NCBI GenBank assembly: GCA_030141605.1
Contig: JAQGDQ010000977.1
Location: 1-27,579 of the forward strand
Direction of reading: 5' to 3'
DNA from: Tubiluchus corallicola
Lineage: Eukaryota > Animalia > Priapulida
Length of the DNA stretch: 27,579 nt
Part shown: piece after piece, positions 22,391 through 27,579 of the stretch
Layout of the letters: every line of letters starts with the position of its first letter
Numbering within the stretch: the first letter of the stretch is position 1
Made by a program: the position numbers and the translations under genes
Notes under the pieces: generated by a model
The model's database searches: none
The model's input: the letters and a program-made list of their open reading frames with translations, nothing else
What the model was told of the DNA's origin: nothing

Positions 22391-22490
22391 AGGACAGATT
22401 GTCGCTGAATCCCAATTACAAGAAAAGGACAAAGGAGGAAGACGTGTTCCTGGAAGAAATCAAGGGCCTGGACGTTGCTGCGTTTGACTG
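22391..22490 (+). CDS. CERKL: Ceramide kinase-like protein, coding exon 5
   Basis: tttgcag acceptor; (E)DRLSLNPNYKKRTKEEDVFLEEIKGLDVAAFD(C); donor gtacga; 100 bp, phase 1-2, which restores frame into exon 6. Confidence 0.8.
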
Positions 22491-22635
22491 GTACGAGACT
22501 ATATTCCCGGTGATATCCGGGAAATGTCAAAGGGGGAAGTTACGTCCTGGCTCAATGGTTGTGTTAATTTCGGTTTTGCTCCGTAGACTTTTTGACGATC
22601 AAAGAATCATGGGAAGGCGGGGTGGGGTGGGGCGG

Positions 22636-22935
22636 GGTGTGGTAGGGGGTGAGTGGTTACGGCACTCGGCTGTCAGTCCTGGGTTTGAGTTCGAATCATA
22701 CTAATGTCAGAATTTTTCCAGCCATCTAGCACTTGAACAGAACTTTCTGGCCATCTTCCTAGGTCCACTCTGTCCTAATTTAGTGCTTTGTCCTTTATCG
22801 GGGGGGGGGGGGGAGAAAGAAGACCGAGCAGCAGGCAACCCACCTGTCCTCTTCGTGCACCTAAGACGTTGTGAGCAGATCCTCTCACGTTGACACGTAA
22901 CCATTCTTCTTCTTCTTCTTCTTCTTCTTCTTCTT
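22636..22935 (+). mobile_element. Probable tRNA-derived SINE with (TTC)n tail; start approximate
   Basis: A-box-like GGTGAGTGGTT (22648-22658), B-box GTTCGAATC (22689-22697), simple-repeat tail at 22904-22935. Confidence 0.55.
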
Positions 22936-23016
22936 TTAAAATGTTACACCATTAGGCATCAGTGCATCTTGGTTAGTCGGCCGTTTCTTGTTACGCAGAA
23001 ATATTTTTACTTGCAG

Positions 23017-23159
23017 CATAATTTGCGTCGGTGGAGATGGCACGGCGCTTACGGTTCTGAATGGTTTACTGCAACGCAAGCAAGACGAGCACGAGATTGT
23101 GATGGCCAGTGGATTTACACCGAAGAAAATAAACATTCCTGTGTCAATCATTCCAGCAG
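23017..23159 (+). CDS. CERKL: Ceramide kinase-like protein, coding exon 6 (GGDG motif)
   Basis: ttgcag acceptor; IICVGGDGTALTVLNGLLQRKQDEHEIVMASGFTPKKINIPVSIIPA(G); CVGGDG and IIPAG are CERK/CERKL signatures; donor gtaatg; 143 bp. Confidence 0.93.
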
Positions 23160-23228
23160 GTAATGTTAATGTAGGAACAACAAGAGGGAGTTGGTTCTAA
23201 TGTCAGACTGTTGTTGAGCCATTTAGTG

Positions 23229-23711
23229 CAGGGGTGTGCAAATTATCTGACTAGCCGGGCTACATTAAACTTTCCCGCAATTCCTGCGGGCCACAGGTAG
23301 TTTGATCAAGAAGCCAAGTACAGAAAGGCCGAATAACGATTTTTTTTGCATCCGACCTGCGTACATCATTACTACTGCACTCAAGAAACTATTTTAGAAG
23401 TTATTAAAATTTATATTACATACCATATATTTCTACTTTCAGGACAGATAGTGGTAATTTCATTACGATGCATATTAGTAATGTGTATCACACAGTCTGT
23501 GTAGTACAGTGTTATTAAGCTACAACCGTCTTGTAAGGGTTAATGGCATCCGATCTAGTAGAAAAAACTACCCGCACTATCTTTGGGATCGTGGCATGGA
23601 CTTCAGCTGGATACACTCAATTAATCGCCCGGGCCGCACTTTCATTAGGTTGACAAATCTCTTTGCGGGCCGCACAAATTCTCTCGGTGGGCCACAATTT
23701 GCACACCCCTG
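23229..23711 (+). mobile_element. hAT MITE, family B, copy 3
   Basis: Perfect 16-bp TIRs; TSD ATTTAGTG / AGTTAGTG (1 mismatch). Confidence 0.92.
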
Positions 23712-23844
23712 AGTTAGTGTCTTGGCCTAACATTAATCAACATATTACACATGTCTTGTTAGATACAAAGATCGTAGATAACATGGCAGTTATTTTCAAA
23801 AGAAAAATACTGATGATGGTATATTAAAACTCCTCGCTTTCAGT

Positions 23845-24261
<417 letters not shown>

Positions 24262-24914
24262 CACCCAACAACATGCACGGTCCATTTCAGCCAAGAAATA
24301 AATGTTAACACAGCAAAACACGACAGTTGCTTTCATAAGGTGTTTACTGCAGTCTTTGTTTTCTGAAGGAGAAAAACAAAAGAATACATAAAACTTTCAG
24401 TAATGCAATTTGAACAAAACTACAGAAATTTGAACAAAAAAATTACGCAGAAAATTGCTATGTAATTAATAAACTTAGATTTACAGAAATCACTTTTGGC
24501 AAGTGGCGCCTGGCATTTGTTAGTATATGTAGTTTGTACTAGAAAGAAAAGAATTATGTAATAAATGTGAAAAAGGAAAAGTTAGGTAGGTCAGTAAGAA
24601 CAGGATGGCGCTAAAAAACAGTTTACAGAAAGAAGGTCATGGGAGGTTTACATATTATAGTTTTAGTCTTTTGAGAGGTGATGATATTTTCATTTTTGCA
24701 GGAGTGTAATTATAATCATAAAATAGTTTGTATTAATGGAGAGAAATTTTGTATACATATAGTTATAATATTTCTCAAGGAATATGTTATGAAAGGAGTT
24801 AGGAAGACAAAAAACAAATACAAATACAGGTTGGTTTTTGGAGTCATCAGGAGGAACTTGAGAGTCAAGTTTCAGCTGCTTACTCTACTAATGCAATGAA
24901 TCATTTATTTTCAG

Positions 24915-24989
24915 GTAAAGTTAACAGCATTGTGTACAGTGTACAGGGAATTATTGATCCAATCACTGCAACTTTGCATACAGTATTAG
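24915..24989 (+). CDS. CERKL: Ceramide kinase-like protein, coding exon 7 (gene continues beyond the window)
   Basis: ttttcag acceptor; (G)KVNSIVYSVQGIIDPITATLHTVL(G) aligns with CERKL GSTNVLAHSLHG...ITATLHIIMG; donor gtaggt; 75 bp. Confidence 0.88.
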   Translation, partial: VKLTALCTVYRELLIQSLQLCIQY

Positions 24990-25068
24990 GTAGGTCTGCA
25001 CTTAGTCAACAATTATACGCAACGGCTCATTATTCTAAGAGCTAGAAAAGTTGTAAAGGAAAATTCTG

Positions 25069-25725
25069 CAGTGCAATAAATCATCGCTTAACGACGTTTC
25101 GTTTTAACGACGCTGAAAATTTGACACCTTTTTTTCGCTTATAAGTCATAAGTCATTTATTTCGCATTACACATTTACAATGGTTACATATACAATATCT
25201 AGTGAAAGGGCCTACAATGGATATAATACAAATAAGAAATACTGCACAGGAAAAGCCTCAAACACTGTTCACTTATACACGAAGGTAAATGTGTTGCGGG
25301 CAATCAAAAAGCAGGGCTTGTTAGATTGTCCCACACAGTGAAAGAAAAAAAAGTAATGGAAATAATCTGAAATTTTAAAGTGAATCGTGATAAAAAAACA
25401 TTAGTGCTTAAAATGGAATGATGTAATGAATGAAGCTCATATATGGGATGATATAAAAGATAGAAAGGCTTAAACTCAATGTTTCTGTTTTTAGGCATGC
25501 AGAACTGATGTAGCATGATAAAAATGCACTTCTGCAAAACCTCTTTCCTTTTTAAAAGGCACAATAGGGTATGTCCTCACTTAACGACGCCAATGCCTTC
25601 CAGCAAAAGTTAAGCTAAACGATGTTAAACGAAACCAAGACTCTCATAGAAAGTATTGTAAAAGAATTGAGATACGTTCCTGAAGCAAAAATCAATGCTG
25701 CTTAAATCATATAAATTAACGACGA
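25069..25725. mobile_element. Degraded Tc1/pogo-like element fragments interrupted by a retroelement; limits approximate
   Basis: TTAACGACG motif repeated at ~25088, 25103, 25581 and 25717, as in pogo-type subterminal repeats. Confidence 0.35.
25141..25555 (-). mobile_element. Non-LTR retroelement 3' end with AATAAA and (GACTTAT)2 tail; 5' limit approximate
   Basis: 25141-25399 is the reverse complement of 16012-16274. Confidence 0.65.
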
Positions 25726-26220
25726 TTTTTTTTACTTTGCTCAAAGCCAATTTTTATCTTATCAGCAACTTTTTTACTTAATTTGATGCATTAAAACAGA
25801 ACATATTGCGTTATTCTGTTGTAAAAATGCACTAGTAATGTAAACACTGCAATTATTATACAAGCATAAATATTTTTGCTTCCCTACTGACCACTAAATG
25901 CTAGCCGTTTGTATCAAGCGTGATCTTTTAGTAAACTTTATGCAAGGAATTTTGGCCTATAACCTGTTGCTATAGTAACCAGATTAGATGAAATTCCCAA
26001 GGTCACCCAACGCTTGGATTTGACTCTGCTGCAGTGTTTATTGTTTAACTGCCGCCTAGACTTAAATGCTAATGAAAGAGAAACCGCTAGTTAGGTAAGT
26101 AAGATATGTAGGTGATTTTAAGAAAAAAGAAAGAAATTAATCAGTAGAAACGTGAGTAAAACTCATAAAACATTTAATTTATGTGATTTAAACAGCATTG
26201 ATTTTTTTCCTCTGGAACGT

Positions 26221-27579
26221 ACCAACCACACTATACCACATCGCACCACACCACACCACACCACACCACACCACACCACACTGCATTACACAACATCACA
26301 GGATACCATGCCAACCACATCACACCACACCACACCACATCGCACCACACCACACCACACTGCATTACACAACATCACATGATACCATGCCAACCACATC
26401 ACACCACACCACATCGCACCACACCACACCACAACGCATTACACAACATCACATGATACCATGCCAACCACATCACACCACATCACACCACATCGCACCA
26501 CACCACACCACACCACAACGCATTACACAACATCACATGATACCATGCCAACCATATCACACCACATCACTCCACACCACATCGCACCACACCACACCAC
26601 AACGCATTACACAACATCACACTACACCATGCCAACCACATCACACCACATCACACCACATGGTACCACACCACACCACATCACACCACACCATACCAAC
26701 CACACCACACCACACTACACCAACCACATGGTACCACACCATACCACACTACACCAACCACATGGTACATCACACCACATCACACTACACCACACTGCCT
26801 TACACAACATCACATGATACCATGCCAACCACATCACACCACATCACACCACACCACACCACAACGCATTACACAACATCACACCATACCATGCCAACCA
26901 CATCACACCATACCAACCACACCACATCACACCACACCAACCACATCACACCACATCACACCACACCAACCACATGGTACCACACCATACCACACTACAC
27001 CATGCCAACCACATCACACCACATCACACCATACCACATTGCACCACACCACACCACAACACATTACACAACATCACTACACCATGCCAACCACATCACA
27101 CCACATCACATCACACCACATCACACCACACCACACCACAACACATTACACAACATCACATGATACCATGCCAACCACATCACACCACATCACTCCACAC
27201 CACATCGCACCACACCACACCACAACGCATTACACAACATCACATGATACCATGCCAACCACATCACACCACATCACACCACACCACATCGCACCACACC
27301 ACACCACAACGCATTACACAACATCACATGATACCATGCCAACCACATCACACCATACCACATCGCGCCACACCACACCACAATGCATTACACAACATCA
27401 CATGATACCATGCCAACCACATCACACCACATCACACCATACCACATCGCGCCACACCACACCACAATGCATTACACAACATCACATGATACCATGCCAA
27501 CCACATCACACCACATCGCACCACACCACACCACAACGCATTACACAACATCACATGATACCATGCCAACCACACCACA
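26221..27579. repeat. Degenerate pentamer-based (ACACC/ACATC) satellite with a recurring ~40-bp core; runs off the window end
   Basis: Core AACGCATTACACAACATCACATGATACCATGCCAACCAC separated by variable numbers of 5-mers. Confidence 0.92.

Noticed and set aside
22636-22700. Possible tRNA gene
   Set aside because: A- and B-box-like motifs are present, but there is no cloverleaf or T-run terminator; better explained as a SINE head.
26152-27405. His/Thr-rich ORFs up to 321 aa
   Set aside because: C/A-rich satellite naturally depleted of stop codons; intronic position; several frames open.

Overview
AT-rich, repeat-dense animal genomic DNA, probably invertebrate, with spliceosomal introns; there is no prokaryotic system or CRISPR array. 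Three genes are supported. (1) The last two exons and 3' UTR of mitochondrial HSP60 (HSPD1-like, + strand, 4583-4761 and 7521-7682). (2) An intact-looking U2 snRNA gene (- strand, ~13532-13720) with a TATA box at -30. (3) The first seven coding exons of a ceramide kinase-like gene (CERKL-like, + strand, 16484-24989, continuing beyond the window), with several family ATP-site motifs altered. The HSP60 exons lie in a ~8 kb tandem duplication: 1-1978 repeats the 3' UTR and flank found at 7975-11424. It is joined through an inverted ~0.6 kb piece with 8-10 bp microhomologies, so these two exons look like an orphan duplicated 3' end. The rest is non-autonomous transposons (Tc1/pogo-, hAT-, Kolobok- and piggyBac-like MITEs, LINE 3' ends, a SINE, a Penelope-like palindrome) and many mini- and microsatellites, which explain all the long ORFs in the track. 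Family assignments and comparisons with human proteins come from recalled sequence knowledge, not database searches.
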